Source: Pseudovirgaria hyperparasitica (lineage: Eukaryota). Taken from it: 64,000 bases of DNA. This document shows, one piece after another, positions 44,715 to 56,718 of the stretch. A model generated the notes under the pieces. It was not told the origin of the DNA. It did not search any database and saw only the letters and a list, made by a program, of their open reading frames with translations. The stretch is taken from NCBI GenBank assembly GCA_010093815.1, contig ML996573.1. The stretch is one strand, 5' to 3'. The number at the start of each line of letters is the position of its first letter. Positions within the stretch are counted from its first letter, which is position 1. Made by a program: the position numbers and the translations under genes.

Positions 44715-47081
44715 ATGCTGTACTTCCTCTCACTCGCCGCCGTCGCCCTGAGCAGTCTCGTTTACGCCATCGACCCTCCGCGTGTGCCGCACCAACCGCT
44801 CGGCAATGGCGGCAACATCCTCGCTTTCAACGAAACTATCCCAACCAGCTTCTCTGCTCGAACCCTGGCATTTGACTGGGTCTCTACTGCCGACGGCGAG
44901 GACGGCGTGTACATCTTTAGCGATGACGATGGTGCTCTGACTTTCCAGAATGTCGTCACCGGTGAGCAGACGGAGTTCCTGGCTGCCGACAAGATCCCCT
45001 CAGACTACCACGAGTACTGGATCAAACCAGATTTGACACAGGTCTTATGGAGCGTAAATTACACGAAACAGTACCGCTACTCGTACTTTGCGGACTACCT
45101 CGTTCAGGATGTCGCCAGTGGAGAGCTCACGCCGCTGGTAGAGGACCAGGCTGGGGACTTGCAGTATGCAGAATGGAGTCCGACTGAGAACCAGATTGCC
45201 TTTGTTCGTGGGAACAACATCTTCGTCTGGAGCGCTGGTAAAGTCTCGCAAATTACTGAGGATGGTGATGCAGATCACTTCAACGGCGTGCCAGACTGGG
45301 TGTATGAAGAGGAGATTTTTGGCGGTCGCTCGACGCTGTGGTTTTCTCCCGATGGCGAGTACATTGCCTTCCTCAGCTTCGACGAGTCGGGTGTCAAGAC
45401 GTTCCGCATCCCGTACTACATGGATAATCAGGAGCTTGCGCCGCCTTATCCAAGAGAGTTGGAACTGAGGTATCCCAAAGTGGGCGAGACGAACCCGACT
45501 GTGTCGTTTCATCTTCTGAAACTAGACTCATTGGAGACTTCAGAGGTGCCTATCGATGCTTTTGAGGCGGACGATCTTGTCATTGGCGAGGTTTCGTGGC
45601 TTACGGATGGACATTCTGATGTTATCTACCGTGCGTTCAATCGCGTGCAGGACCAGGAAAAGCATGTAGTCGTCAAGGTCGAGGCAGGATCATCTTCAGT
45701 AACTCGCGAGCGTGATGGCACAGACGGATGGCTCGACAACACTCTCTCTATTGTGTACTTGGGAGAGACTTCTAGTGGCAACGCGACCTATCGCACGAAC
45801 TCGACGACCTACTATTTGGACGTGTCTGATGTATCTGGCTGGAACCACATCTACCTCTATCCAGTGCATGGCGGCAAGGAGATTGCTCTCACCAGCGGCG
45901 AATGGGAGGTGAGGTCCATTTTGAAGGTCGACAACTCGAGAAACCTCGTCTACTACACTTCGACCGAACACCACAGCACAGAGTCGCACGTCTACTCGGT
46001 CAACTACCAGACCTTGGAAAAGACTGCACTAGTCGACGACTCCGTCCCTGCAATGTACGAAGCATCATTCTCCACTGGCGGAACCTACTACATCCTCAAC
46101 TACCGCGGTCCTGACGTTCCCTATCAAGAGCTGTACAATGTTAATTCCAGCGAGCCTATTCGTGCCATCTCTGACAACAAGGCGCTCTATGACCGTCTCC
46201 ACACCTACAACCTGCCCAACATAACCTACTTTGAACTCGAGCACCCCGAAGGCTTCACTCTCAATGCCATGCTCCGCCTTCCACCCAACTTTGACCCCTC
46301 CAAGCAATACCCGGTCATCTTCCTCCCGTACGGCGGTCCTGGCGCGCAAGAAGTCACCAAAGCTTTCCAATCCCTCAACTGGGACGCCTACGTGACGTCT
46401 GACCCCGAGCTCGAATTCGTCACATACACCGTCGACAACCGTGGCACCGGCTTCAAGGGCCGCGACTTCCGCGCTTCCGTGACCAGTCGTCTCGGATACC
46501 TCGAGCCACGCGACCAAGTCTGGGCCGCAAAGCAGCTCGCCGAGCAGAACCCCTGGGTCGCGACAGACAAGATCGGCATGTGGGGCTGGTCGTATGGCGG
46601 ATACCTCACGTCCAAGACGCTTGAGCTAGCCGACCCGATCTTCAGCTTCGGCGTCATAACTGCTCCCGTCACCGACTGGCGCTTCTACGACAGCATGTAC
46701 ACGGAGCGCTACATGAAGACGCCCGCCCTCAACCCGGCCGGCTACAATATCTCGGGCGTCTACAACACCACCGGCTTCAAGACTGTCGACGGCGGCTTTC
46801 TGATCCAGCATGGCAGCGGCGATGATAATGTGCACTGGCAGAATAGCGCTGTCCTTGTTGACCGTCTTGTCGGTGCGGGCGTCGGCCCGGAGCGCATGCA
46901 GGTGCAGTGGTTCACGGACAGCGATCATGGGATTATGTATAATGGCGCGAATTCGTTCCTGTATAAGCAGCTTACGCGCTTTGTCTGGCAGATGAAGAAT
47001 CGCAAGGACGGGGCTGTGCAGCATCAGTGGAGCAAGCGTGCGGATAGGGGGGCTGGGGGGTATTTGGTTGTGGACGGGTAG
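44715..47081 (+). CDS. DPP4: Secreted dipeptidyl peptidase IV (family S9B)
   Basis: Signal peptide [38 protein letters not shown]; catalytic [15 protein letters not shown] and FTDSDH. Confidence 0.95.
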   Translation: MLYFLSLAAVALSSLVYAIDPPRVPHQPLGNGGNILAFNETIPTSFSARTLAFDWVSTADGEDGVYIFSDDDGALTFQNVVTGEQTEFLAADKIPSDYHEYWIKPDLTQVLWSVNYTKQYRYSYFADYLVQDVASGELTPLVEDQAGDLQYAEWSPTENQIAFVRGNNIFVWSAGKVSQITEDGDADHFNGVPDWVYEEEIFGGRSTLWFSPDGEYIAFLSFDESGVKTFRIPYYMDNQELAPPYPRELELRYPKVGETNPTVSFHLLKLDSLETSEVPIDAFEADDLVIGEVSWLTDGHSDVIYRAFNRVQDQEKHVVVKVEAGSSSVTRERDGTDGWLDNTLSIVYLGETSSGNATYRTNSTTYYLDVSDVSGWNHIYLYPVHGGKEIALTSGEWEVRSILKVDNSRNLVYYTSTEHHSTESHVYSVNYQTLEKTALVDDSVPAMYEASFSTGGTYYILNYRGPDVPYQELYNVNSSEPIRAISDNKALYDRLHTYNLPNITYFELEHPEGFTLNAMLRLPPNFDPSKQYPVIFLPYGGPGAQEVTKAFQSLNWDAYVTSDPELEFVTYTVDNRGTGFKGRDFRASVTSRLGYLEPRDQVWAAKQLAEQNPWVATDKIGMWGWSYGGYLTSKTLELADPIFSFGVITAPVTDWRFYDSMYTERYMKTPALNPAGYNISGVYNTTGFKTVDGGFLIQHGSGDDNVHWQNSAVLVDRLVGAGVGPERMQVQWFTDSDHGIMYNGANSFLYKQLTRFVWQMKNRKDGAVQHQWSKRADRGAGGYLVVDG

Positions 47082-47998
47082 ACCTGTGAAGCTGTCTGTG
47101 TGTCTGTGTGTCTGCCTTGTCCTTGTCTAATAAACACAACATGTATATTCCGAAATGAGTCTGAAGTTACGTCTGTGTGTTGGTTGTTGATGTGTAGTTT
47201 GTTTGCCGGCCGGTGTCCTGCCTCGGAGTCCGTCCGTATCTAGGTTTGGTAGTCCACGATCCACGATCCGCGATTCACGGCCCCGTCCCGTATACTAACA
47301 GACTAGCAGACGTCATAACTTTCGTCATGTCGTCATACGTATCTATGTAGTGCCGCTGTATAGTCCTGATCGATCCATCCATCCGTCCAAGTCGCACTAC
47401 ACGTACCATTTATCAGCAACCTACCCAATATGACCAAATCCAACCAAACCCAACCCAACAGGAATGAATGAATGAACGAATTAATTGCATTGCGACTTCT
47501 GTCATCCGAATTCATTCGATCCGCCATGATTTTCACGATTCTTTCGGGGTTCTGGTTTTGGTTCGGTTTAATGGCTTGAGATGCGTGGTGGGAGAGTGGG
47601 AGAAGGGGACTGATTCAGAGGAGGAATGAATGGATGGGATAGCGATGACGCAGGTACTTAATATGCGCTATCGACACACGGGGTGCTGACCAACAATTGT
47701 ATGACTGATGGATGCTGGCGGAGGAGGCGTGACAAGGATGTCAGCAAACAGCGGAGCGTTGGGAATGGTGTTGGTCGCATATTTGAATGAGTGGGTGGTT
47801 GGATGTATGTACGTATGTATATAGTCGCATGTCATCGCATGGGATATAATGTAATAAGACAGTCTCTTCACCCTCATAATCCGCAGATCAAGACTACGTG
47901 AGACTCAGCGCAATTCATTCCGACCAGTTCCAACCTATCTACCCTCCCTCCGCCTCGCACATCCCGCAATTCCCATCCCCCCTACAAACCCCCCCAAA

Positions 47999-49242
47999 AT
48001 GCCACGTCTCAAAGTCCTCATCTGCGGCGGCGGATGCGCCGGACCAGCACTCGCATTCTGGCTCGCGCGCAGCGGCCACGACATCACGATCATCGAGCGA
48101 CACACCGCGCTGCGGGCCTCAGGCGCACAAATCGACCTGCGCGCACAAGGCATCGAAGTAGTACGACGAATGGGCCTACTAGACGCCGTGCGAGCCCAGC
48201 GCGTAGACGAAGACGGGGTATCAATGGTCGACACACACGGACGGGTGCTGGGGAAGATCGGAGCGAACACGACGGGCAAGGGGGCGCAGACGGCGACGTC
48301 GGAGTACGAGATTATGAGGGGGGATCTTGTGCGGATATGTATGATGCGACGGTGAGGGAGGAAGGGGTGCGGTATGTGTTTGGGGTGACGGTGGAGGGGT
48401 TCGAGCAGGATGATGGTGATGATGGGGGTGTGGTGGTGCGGTTGTCGGATGGGACGGCGGAGCGGTATGATTTGCTGGTTGGTGCTGATGGGCAGGGCTC
48501 GCGGATACGCAGGGCGATGATGCCGGCTGTTGCGCCGGATCCGGTGTGTTCGCTGGGGATGTACATGGCGTATTTCTTCATTCCGCGGATTGAGAGCGAT
48601 ACGAAGACTCGTAGTACGTACGCTGCTCCTGGGTCCCGGATGATGATGCGGCGAACGCATAGCCCGACCGAGAGTCAGGCGTACTTTATCCTCAAGGATA
48701 GTGACCCGGAACTGCGCTCCCTGCCACGCGCACCTGTGGATGTGCAGAAGGCTTTCTGGACACAGCGCTTCCAGGACGCGGGCTGGCAAGCGGAGCGCTT
48801 CACGGCTGCCATGGCGTCGACGGAGAACTTCTACTGCCACGAGGTCGCGCAAATCAAGATCGCGAGCTGGCATCGGGGTCGTGTCGTACTGCTCGCAGAC
48901 GCGGCGCATTGCCCGTCGCCGTTCACGGCTATGGGGACGACGAGTGCCTTCGTCGGCGCATATGTGCTGGCCGGAGAACTTGAGGCGAGCGGGGGAGACG
49001 TGGTGCGCGCGCTGGAGAAGTACGAGAGTACGCTGAGACCGTTTGTCGAGGAGATTCAGAAGCTGAATACGTCGCTGGTTCGGCTGGCGTATCCGCAGAC
49101 GGTGCTGGGCGTGCGCATTCTGCAGCTTATCTTTGCGGTTGTGAGTTTTCTGCGCATTCCACAGCTTATAGCGCGCTTTTCGGATGGCGATAAGGGTGGC
49201 TGGCGGTTGCCGGAGTATCCTATGCTTCGCAAGGGGAGGTGA
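47999..49242 (+). pseudogene. FAD-dependent monooxygenase/oxidoreductase with an apparent 1-nt frameshift
   Basis: VLICGGGCAG, GAQID and EYEIMRGDLVRI in one frame; YDAT, DLLVGADG and GRVVLLADAAHCPSP in another. Frame switch at ~48337. Confidence 0.8.
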
Positions 49243-50166
49243 TGCTGCCAGTTGGTTTCTTGTTGTGGTATCTGAGGCGTGGAGAATGACGCGAATGTAT
49301 GGATAGGATGAGAGTCTTTGCTTGCCGGAGTTGTCGTATATTATAGCATAGGCCCGAGTTGTTTCAGGGGAATCTAATCATTGAGTTCTACGTGGAGGAT
49401 CACTCAGGGGTTTGTTCGAGGGTTTTAGGGTCTAGCCACACTGGAGGTTGTTCTTTTTAGTGATTGATCCAGGATACACATGTTGGCTTGTTACATTGAA
49501 GGAAACAAGAAGACGCTCAGTGAGTCAACGAATCGAACGCCACGATGAGGAAGTGTGTTTGGGATATGTCAGTGTTACTGTTGTTGCCCAGGAGCACTTT
49601 ATGGGCGCACATAGATTGGAGGTCGGTATTTGAGTTTTCATAGTATTGTGCGTTTATAGGCTCACTGATGTAAGATACGTAGCCACATTTGTTTGAATCG
49701 TCTCTTTCAAGGAAGCTTAAAGGGGGCGCTATATTTGTCTTCTTAGGGGTTCTTGTGGTCTCGGAATCTGGTCAGTTGTGCCTAGCCTAGGTTAGATATC
49801 ATAATTGCAGCCAACCTTAGCGTAATTTCAAGTGAAAGCATCTACCCACGATGCTGATATGGCTAGTAATGATCATTGAAACGTTGTTGGGATGTGTAGA
49901 GAATATGTAACTATATGAGGACTGATGACTTAGTAAGTAGATCGCCTGGCTAGCCTATACCGGCCTAGCGTATCATGACCCTTGCACCAGCCACACGCCC
50001 CACAGTATCAATGCCTCACGTTGCCTTCTTCACTTGCTCACTCCACTACCTACTCGCGCAGGATCCTTTCCACACGACTGACCTACATCATCGCTACTCA
50101 AATCTTCATTATATTCACGACTGGCGCTCTTGACCGTGCATTTGATCCTCGCTCTGTCCTGGCACC

Positions 50167-51213
50167 ATGGGTGGCGATCTCAACTTGAAGAAGTCATGGC
50201 ACCCCAACCTCCTCAAGAATCAGCGCAGGGTCTACGATGAGGAAAAGAAAGCTCTGGAAGAGCGCAAGCAAATCGACAAGCTTATCCGTGAGCGCCAAGA
50301 GGAGCGTCAGATTGAAGAACTACAGAAACTGCAAGAAACAGCTGGAGGACAGCGAAAGCAAAACAGGGTGGAATGGATGTACAGTGGTGCGCCAGCAGGA
50401 GATGGAGGAGGATCCCGGCCGGCCGAAGAGATGGAAGGGTTTCTGCTGGGAAAAAGACGCATCGATACACTGCTGAAATCGGATGCAAAGAAAGCTGTTG
50501 AGCCACAGAAGGATCTTGGTGCGGCGCCTTTGCCGGTTGTGAATGCACGAGATACAGCTGCGAAGATCAGGGACGATCCCCTGCTAGCGATTAAGAAGCA
50601 AGAGCAGGCTGCATTAGAATCTATTATGAATGATCCCGGGACGAGACACCAGCTTCTCAAGCATGCGGGCAGGCCGGAGAGGAGTCACAGCCACAGGCAT
50701 AAGAGTGATCGCGGCGACAGAAGGAGATCAAGATCACCAAGGCGAGACGATAGAAGGAGGTCAAGATCACCCAGACGTGAGGAACGGCGGTACAGACATA
50801 GGTCGCGGTCTCCGCGAAGACAAGAACGATCAGACCGCAGATCAAGGTCTCCACGGCATCACGAGCGCAGAGAGCACAAGACAAATTACCGGCAGTCTTC
50901 AGACAGACGGCAATCAGATAGACCGCCCCCAGACAGGAGACAATCGGACAAGCGATCACCGGACCGAGAAGCAGAACGAGCGCGCAGACTTGCTGAGATG
51001 CAGGCAGCAGCGGCCGACGTGGAGACGAGTAGGAAGCAGCGCATTGAGATTGTTGAGCAGCAGGAAAGGGAACAGAAGGCCCGAGACGACGCGCGGCGCG
51101 AGAAGGATAACGGGCGATTCGGATCAAGCATCCGCAGACAGGCGGACAATGTCGATCTCGGCGAGCGACTGCAGAGGTCAAGGGGAACACTCGAGAAGGT
51201 CGACGCGTATTGA
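50167..51213 (+). CDS. CWC25: Pre-mRNA splicing factor Cwc25
   Basis: [42 protein letters not shown] and an RS-rich region. Confidence 0.95.
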   Translation: MGGDLNLKKSWHPNLLKNQRRVYDEEKKALEERKQIDKLIRERQEERQIEELQKLQETAGGQRKQNRVEWMYSGAPAGDGGGSRPAEEMEGFLLGKRRIDTLLKSDAKKAVEPQKDLGAAPLPVVNARDTAAKIRDDPLLAIKKQEQAALESIMNDPGTRHQLLKHAGRPERSHSHRHKSDRGDRRRSRSPRRDDRRRSRSPRREERRYRHRSRSPRRQERSDRRSRSPRHHERREHKTNYRQSSDRRQSDRPPPDRRQSDKRSPDREAERARRLAEMQAAAADVETSRKQRIEIVEQQEREQKARDDARREKDNGRFGSSIRRQADNVDLGERLQRSRGTLEKVDAY

Positions 51214-52043
51214 GACTGATGATCATGAATATTTCGCATAGACTTGCAGGCGCTTAAACACGGATACCCTTGTTAATACAACAATCTATACATAGTACTT
51301 CTCAACCGTGCTGAAATCACATCATGGAGCACGGTAAGGAAATTGAAGAATGTAAACATCGTCCAAGCTCGTATTCGCTGCTATACCCACGCCATGCTGT
51401 TTCACTCATGCATGAAACGGATTCTAGAAGCAAAACGCATGCAGTCCAGAATGTTCGGAGACAAGTCCAGACCAAAAAACACCAATTCACGTGACGAGAC
51501 GGCAGTCTCATCTGTCCCAATGCGGCTAGACGCCCCCAATTCGTAGCAGCGAGACGAGCCCGAGCCCGAGTTATTGAAGTTGGCGACTTTCCCCGGGTGG
51601 CACTAGTAGGGGCGGATTGGAGGACGCTGATTGGTTGGGAGGATTGCCATTGCATGCGTGAAATGATGAATTGCGCATCACGACTCTTTTTGCTGTGCCC
51701 TGCTTCTACTTTCTGCTTTGTACACTAATTGTTACCTTCCTGTCAACCTTGCTCTCGGTCCTACTCCTTCACCCTTCACTCACTCACTCACTCACTCCAC
51801 GCAAATAGCCGTCACTCTGTCTGACTCTTCTTCACCAACCATATCTACTCTGTCCCAAACATTCCCATCGTCTCCCCCGCGACCCTTGATCCCGCACCGC
51901 GCTGCCGTCGCTCCATGCGCGCCTAATTCGGTCTCCCGGTTTATCCACTCGCAACCGTGCCCGCGCTCCTCAACCCCGGCACGCCTACGATCGATCCGCG
52001 ACTTTCCTATTGCACACGCGCATACACACATTTGACAGCAACA

Positions 52044-53068
52044 ATGAAGTTTTCGGCTCCCTGTGGTGGGAATCAGTCCGTACAGCGGAAACTGGTGCTT
52101 CTGTGGGTGTTGCCTGGTTGGACTGGGGTGCGGACAAACGGAGATGCTAATGATGAGATGACAGAGGAGATGGTGCGGCTGGAAAGACGAGTCTGCTGAA
52201 TGTGTTTACGAGAGGGTGAGTTCTGCGTGTGGTAGTGGTGCGTGTGGATGAGTGCTGACGGTGGTGTGCGACAGGTACTTTCCTACAGTATAGTGAGTAT
52301 GTTTCGGGCAAGCTTATGATCAGGTGGCTTACGTCGCATGCGCTGCGCAGCGAACCAACGGTTTTCGGTATGTCTGGTCTATCGACAGAAGAATCTCGAT
52401 TGTATGCTAACTTATGGTGCAGAGAACTATGTCCACGGTATGCCTGCCTTCAATGATATGACGCCTACTCCATCTAATGCGCCCACATAGACATTTACAT
52501 CGACGACACCCACATCGAACTAAGTCTCTGGGACACGGCAGGACAGGAGGAATTCGACCGATTACGGAGTCTGTCATATGATGATACCCATGCGATAATG
52601 CTATGCTTTAGCGTACGCCTGTCTCGATCGATGGAGCAAGCCGCATCTTTGCAAGCTAACACGATCCAACCAGGTCGATTCCCCTCAATCGCTCGAGAAC
52701 GTAGAAACAAAATGGAAAGCCGAAATTGCAGAGAACTGCCCGGGAGTCAAGCTTGTGCTTGTCGCGCTCAAATGCGATCTGCGCAAGCGAGAAGACGATG
52801 ACGGGGATGATGAAAACACAGAACCTGCGCAGCTCATCATGTACGAAGAGGGGCTCAAGGCTGCAGAGAGGATAAAGGCGCTGCGATATATGGGTAGGTG
52901 ACCATATTAGTGCCGCTTGATTTCAAACATGGATCACCCGCTGACCAGACGATAGAATGCTCAGCGAAAAAGAACCGTGGCGTCAACGAGGCCTTTACCG
53001 AAGCCGCGCGTGTCGCCCTCCAAGTCAAGACCAGCAAAGACAAGGAAGGCAGCTGTGTCGTCATGTGA
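52044..53068 (+). CDS. RHO3: Rho3 small GTPase (8 exons)
   Basis: [95 protein letters not shown], ending in CAAX CVVM*. Confidence 0.95.
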
Positions 53069-53926
53069 GAAGACTATCCTCTCATAAGACGCATTCAACG
53101 ATACCCGCCCATCACATCACTACAAACTCAAAACACCCGACACATATTCCCGTACCAGCCATGCCGAGCATACATATATACACACATTCACACATTCACA
53201 CACACACACAGACGCACACGATTCCCATTCTAATTGTCCCGCCCTACCATTATTCACGAAGCACATCTGTACACCATATCCGCCCCTTACCCTCGTGCCA
53301 TCTTCTTAATGCGACTGCACAACTGCGCCGTGCGGGACGTGAAGGACATGCCACCCTCTTGTTTCCACACAAAGTTTTTGCATCTCTCATTACTTGTACT
53401 ATTACTCTCGGGAGGAACGCAGTTGTTTACCTCCTTGTCTTTTTATTCCATCTTAATTAGCGATTTTTTTTTGCAAGCACTCTTTTCTGTTGTTCCCGGG
53501 GGAAGGGCCGGGCAGGAACGAAAGAAGAAAGAAGGAAGGAGCGTAGGAAGGAAGGAAGGTGCAGAAAGAGACGGTACCTTCTAGGGGCCTGGTACAGTTG
53601 AAGGGAGGAAACTCGGTGACGGTCGATCAAAAAGTTGAGATATTCCGGGATGGCGCCCGTGAATAGGGACGCTGTAAGTTGTGCTAGTAATAATAACGAA
53701 AAACGAAAGAAGAAAGTATTTTTTTGCTTGATGCCCTGCCTGAATCTATCGAGTGTTTGTCCGTCTGTACATGTAGGATTGGCGTCCAACTCACGTGCTT
53801 GGTATTATCACGCTTTTGCTATGTATACATGATCACTACATCCCACCACCACCCAAACAACGCATTATATCTCTATCATACACCAACCACTCCATTCCCA
53901 CCCTTCCCGCCTCCCTAAACCTAAAC

Positions 53927-54503
53927 CTAAGCAGGAACAGCCCCCGGCGCCCCCGTCCCCGTCCCTTGCTGTCCAAACCCAGCAGGCTGCGGCATGAACA
54001 ACTGCATATAACACACGCCCAGCGCCATCACACTCATGCCCACACCAAAGATGCCCGATGTCGCAGAACTACCAGATGAGCCTGAGCCGGATGCCTCGGC
54101 GAGATAGCCTTGCAGCGAGAGCACGAGGGCGACCCAGCCGATCATTTTGTTGCGGGTGAAGATCTTGTTTTGGGTGTTAGTTAGTGATATTGGGGATTGG
54201 GGGAGGGAGATACAAGGGAAGGAATGTGATAAGGGGAAGAGGGGCGGATAACAGAGGAGGATACGTACGGCGGCCATGGGGAGGGTTTGCGACATTGTGC
54301 CCATCATGTCTGGGGCGGCGGCGTCGTCTTTGGGAGCGGTGTAGGGGACGGCTGTTTGTTTGGGTTAGTTTGCGGGTTGGATGGGGAGAGTAGAGCACGT
54401 GATTTGAGTGTATATGGGGTGTTTTTGAGAGAGAGAGAGAGGTAGGGGAGGAGGGAGGGTACGTACCTAAGTCCGGCCGGCGCATGTCTTTCTTGGTTGC
54501 CAT
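53927..54503 (-). CDS. PAT complex subunit Asterix (UPF0139/WDR83OS-like)
   Basis: MATKKDMRRPDL|..VPY..TLPMAA|IFTRNKMIGW..YLAE..GMSVMALGVCYMQLFMP; two introns. Confidence 0.8.
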
Positions 54504-56718
54504 GGTGTGTGTGTTAGGATGGAGATTGGAGATTAGAGGAGGCGGAGTTTGTGTGTGAGGTTGTGGGTGTGTGTGTTTTGTCAGCGGGTTTATGGGGACG
54601 GGGTTTGAGGTTCGTGAGTGAGGTTGATGGTGAGATGGGACGATGCACGTGCCGTCTCGTGGCAGCTGATTATATAAGCGGACGACGAATGCAACTTGAA
54701 ACCTCAGGCACGCCGTCATCGGCTGTCCGGAAAGGGAAAGCCAGCCAGCCAGCCAGACCGGGAATAGGAATTAGGTAAGTTCAGGGACCGGCTAAGCGCG
54801 AGATCCGCTTCCCGCAACCCCGTCCGTCATCTTGTGTAATCAGCTTGTTCTCCTCTTCGCGAGTATGGAAGGTTTGGGGGAGTGTTGCTTGGTAATAAAT
54901 TGTGTTTCGCAGGATTTGTTGTGCAAAGCAAATTTGACGACGAAAGGAGAGGCCCTGCTGTGCGACGAACGTGGTTCCACTCACTGGGACGAAAGCAAAA
55001 GTCGGGGAGCGAGGCGAGGCGAACCTGCGCGACACAAACACGGCAAGCTGACCGAGCACTTTTTGTCTTTGTCTTGTCTGAGGTGTTCGCATTTGGCAGT
55101 GGAATGCGGACCTCCGTATATGTATTATGATGATAAATATTTCCTATCGTGGCAAACCGTGCTGGACCTACGAGAGAGAGAGAGAGGGACGCACAGTATC
55201 TGAGTTCTCGCTGACCGCCCGCCGGGCCGAGATCAGCGCTTGCTCTGAGAGGGCACTCTCATTCCCCTCGCGATACGCCGATAATACCGTAATACGAGTT
55301 GAGCCATGGCTGATCTGGATGGGATGGGATGGATGGCGAGCGACAAGTCATGGTCACGACTCACAGGCTTACACCGGCCAGTGAACAAGTGGTGGCCACC
55401 GGGGGCATGTCATTCGGCTATTATCTGCTGATACGTGACAGCGGAATGCATGCTCCTCCTTTCCCTATTATCTATTATCTGATCTGACGTCGCAGGGGAA
55501 CGCTGTGTGAAGGGCTTTCCGTCGCTGTGTAGTCAAGGCCTCTTGTCGGCTTTGTGTACGTACTGCTTGTTGTACGTGCGTCTCCGTGGAACGCAAGCAA
55601 GCAGCCAGCCAGCTCACTCTCCTTCTCGTCAGGCCAGTGCCAGTCCGTGGTGGCCGAGTCGGAGAAAGGTTGACATAATAACACCTATCTTTTCGTCCCC
55701 GTCATCCGGAGTCTGCGGAGCCCCCCTCGAATGAGACAATCCGCTTCCTATTCGGGAGATGGACCAGTGAGCGTGTCGCGCATGCAGGGCGACTAATTAG
55801 TTTCGACTTGATTGATTGTTTCTCTCTTTGTACTATGTAGTCAGTCAGCCCTGCTTGCAACCGAAAAGCAGTCTGACTGACTCGAGAACATGATACACAC
55901 TGGCTCAGTAGCTATGAAAGAACCATGGAGGGGGACGATACCTAATTACTGAGAGAAGAGACAAGTGAGCAGCTCGGCAGCAGGAATGTTTCAACCGATG
56001 ATTTGCGCGAGGTTTCGGCAACAGTAAAGTAATTAGTTAATTAGTATTATTTAGTGGAAGACGCAACAGAAATCGTGCAGTCGCTCCACCCGCGTGCGCC
56101 AGGACCTCCTTTGGGCAATGGCGGATGGCGATAACGTTGCCGGATGTTGGGCCATAATATGATTATATACCTACTGTAATACTGATACTCACTTTACTTA
56201 CTTACTGACTTACTAATTACCTACCCTAATGCCTATCATCTACCTCTAAACTACCTTGTCTGCAGCTGCCACCAAGCACCAGCACCAGCACCAGCCTAAT
56301 TACAGTGATTAGCAGCACAAACCTGTTCACTGCTTCAGGCCTCAACTCCTCACTACCTCCGACGATCTACCCCATTCCCTCAAACCTACTCCTCAACCAC
56401 TTTCTTATCCCTCCTCTCATCTAAGTCGCATCTATATTGTTCTCTATATCGCATCATATCCTGCCCTATCTGATTCGCCGCCTCTTTCCTGCATAACCGT
56501 CGGGTATTTCGGGCTGTCTAGACCCAGTATGTGTCTCCCCCCCCCCAAATCTTCCCCCATGTCCCCGACCGACGAGGCTGCATGCTAACTAACCACCTGC
56601 GCTGCGCCAGATGAGATCTCGCGCTGGCCGACGTCTCTCAACCTCGTCCTCTCTTTGCGCTTCTCTCCAGCAATAGAGCTGCTCCCTCCTCCACGACCAT
56701 GCCTGCTCGCACCGTGCT

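Noticed and set aside
11675..53068. RGD1 (a Rho3/Rho4 GAP in yeast) and RHO3 in one window as a functional cluster
   Set aside because: They are ~38 kb apart with many unrelated genes between them; chance linkage is sufficient.
55126..55205. Possible box C/D snoRNA (ATGATGA...CTGA)
   Set aside because: No terminal stem or recognisable rRNA guide, and the interior contains a GA microsatellite.
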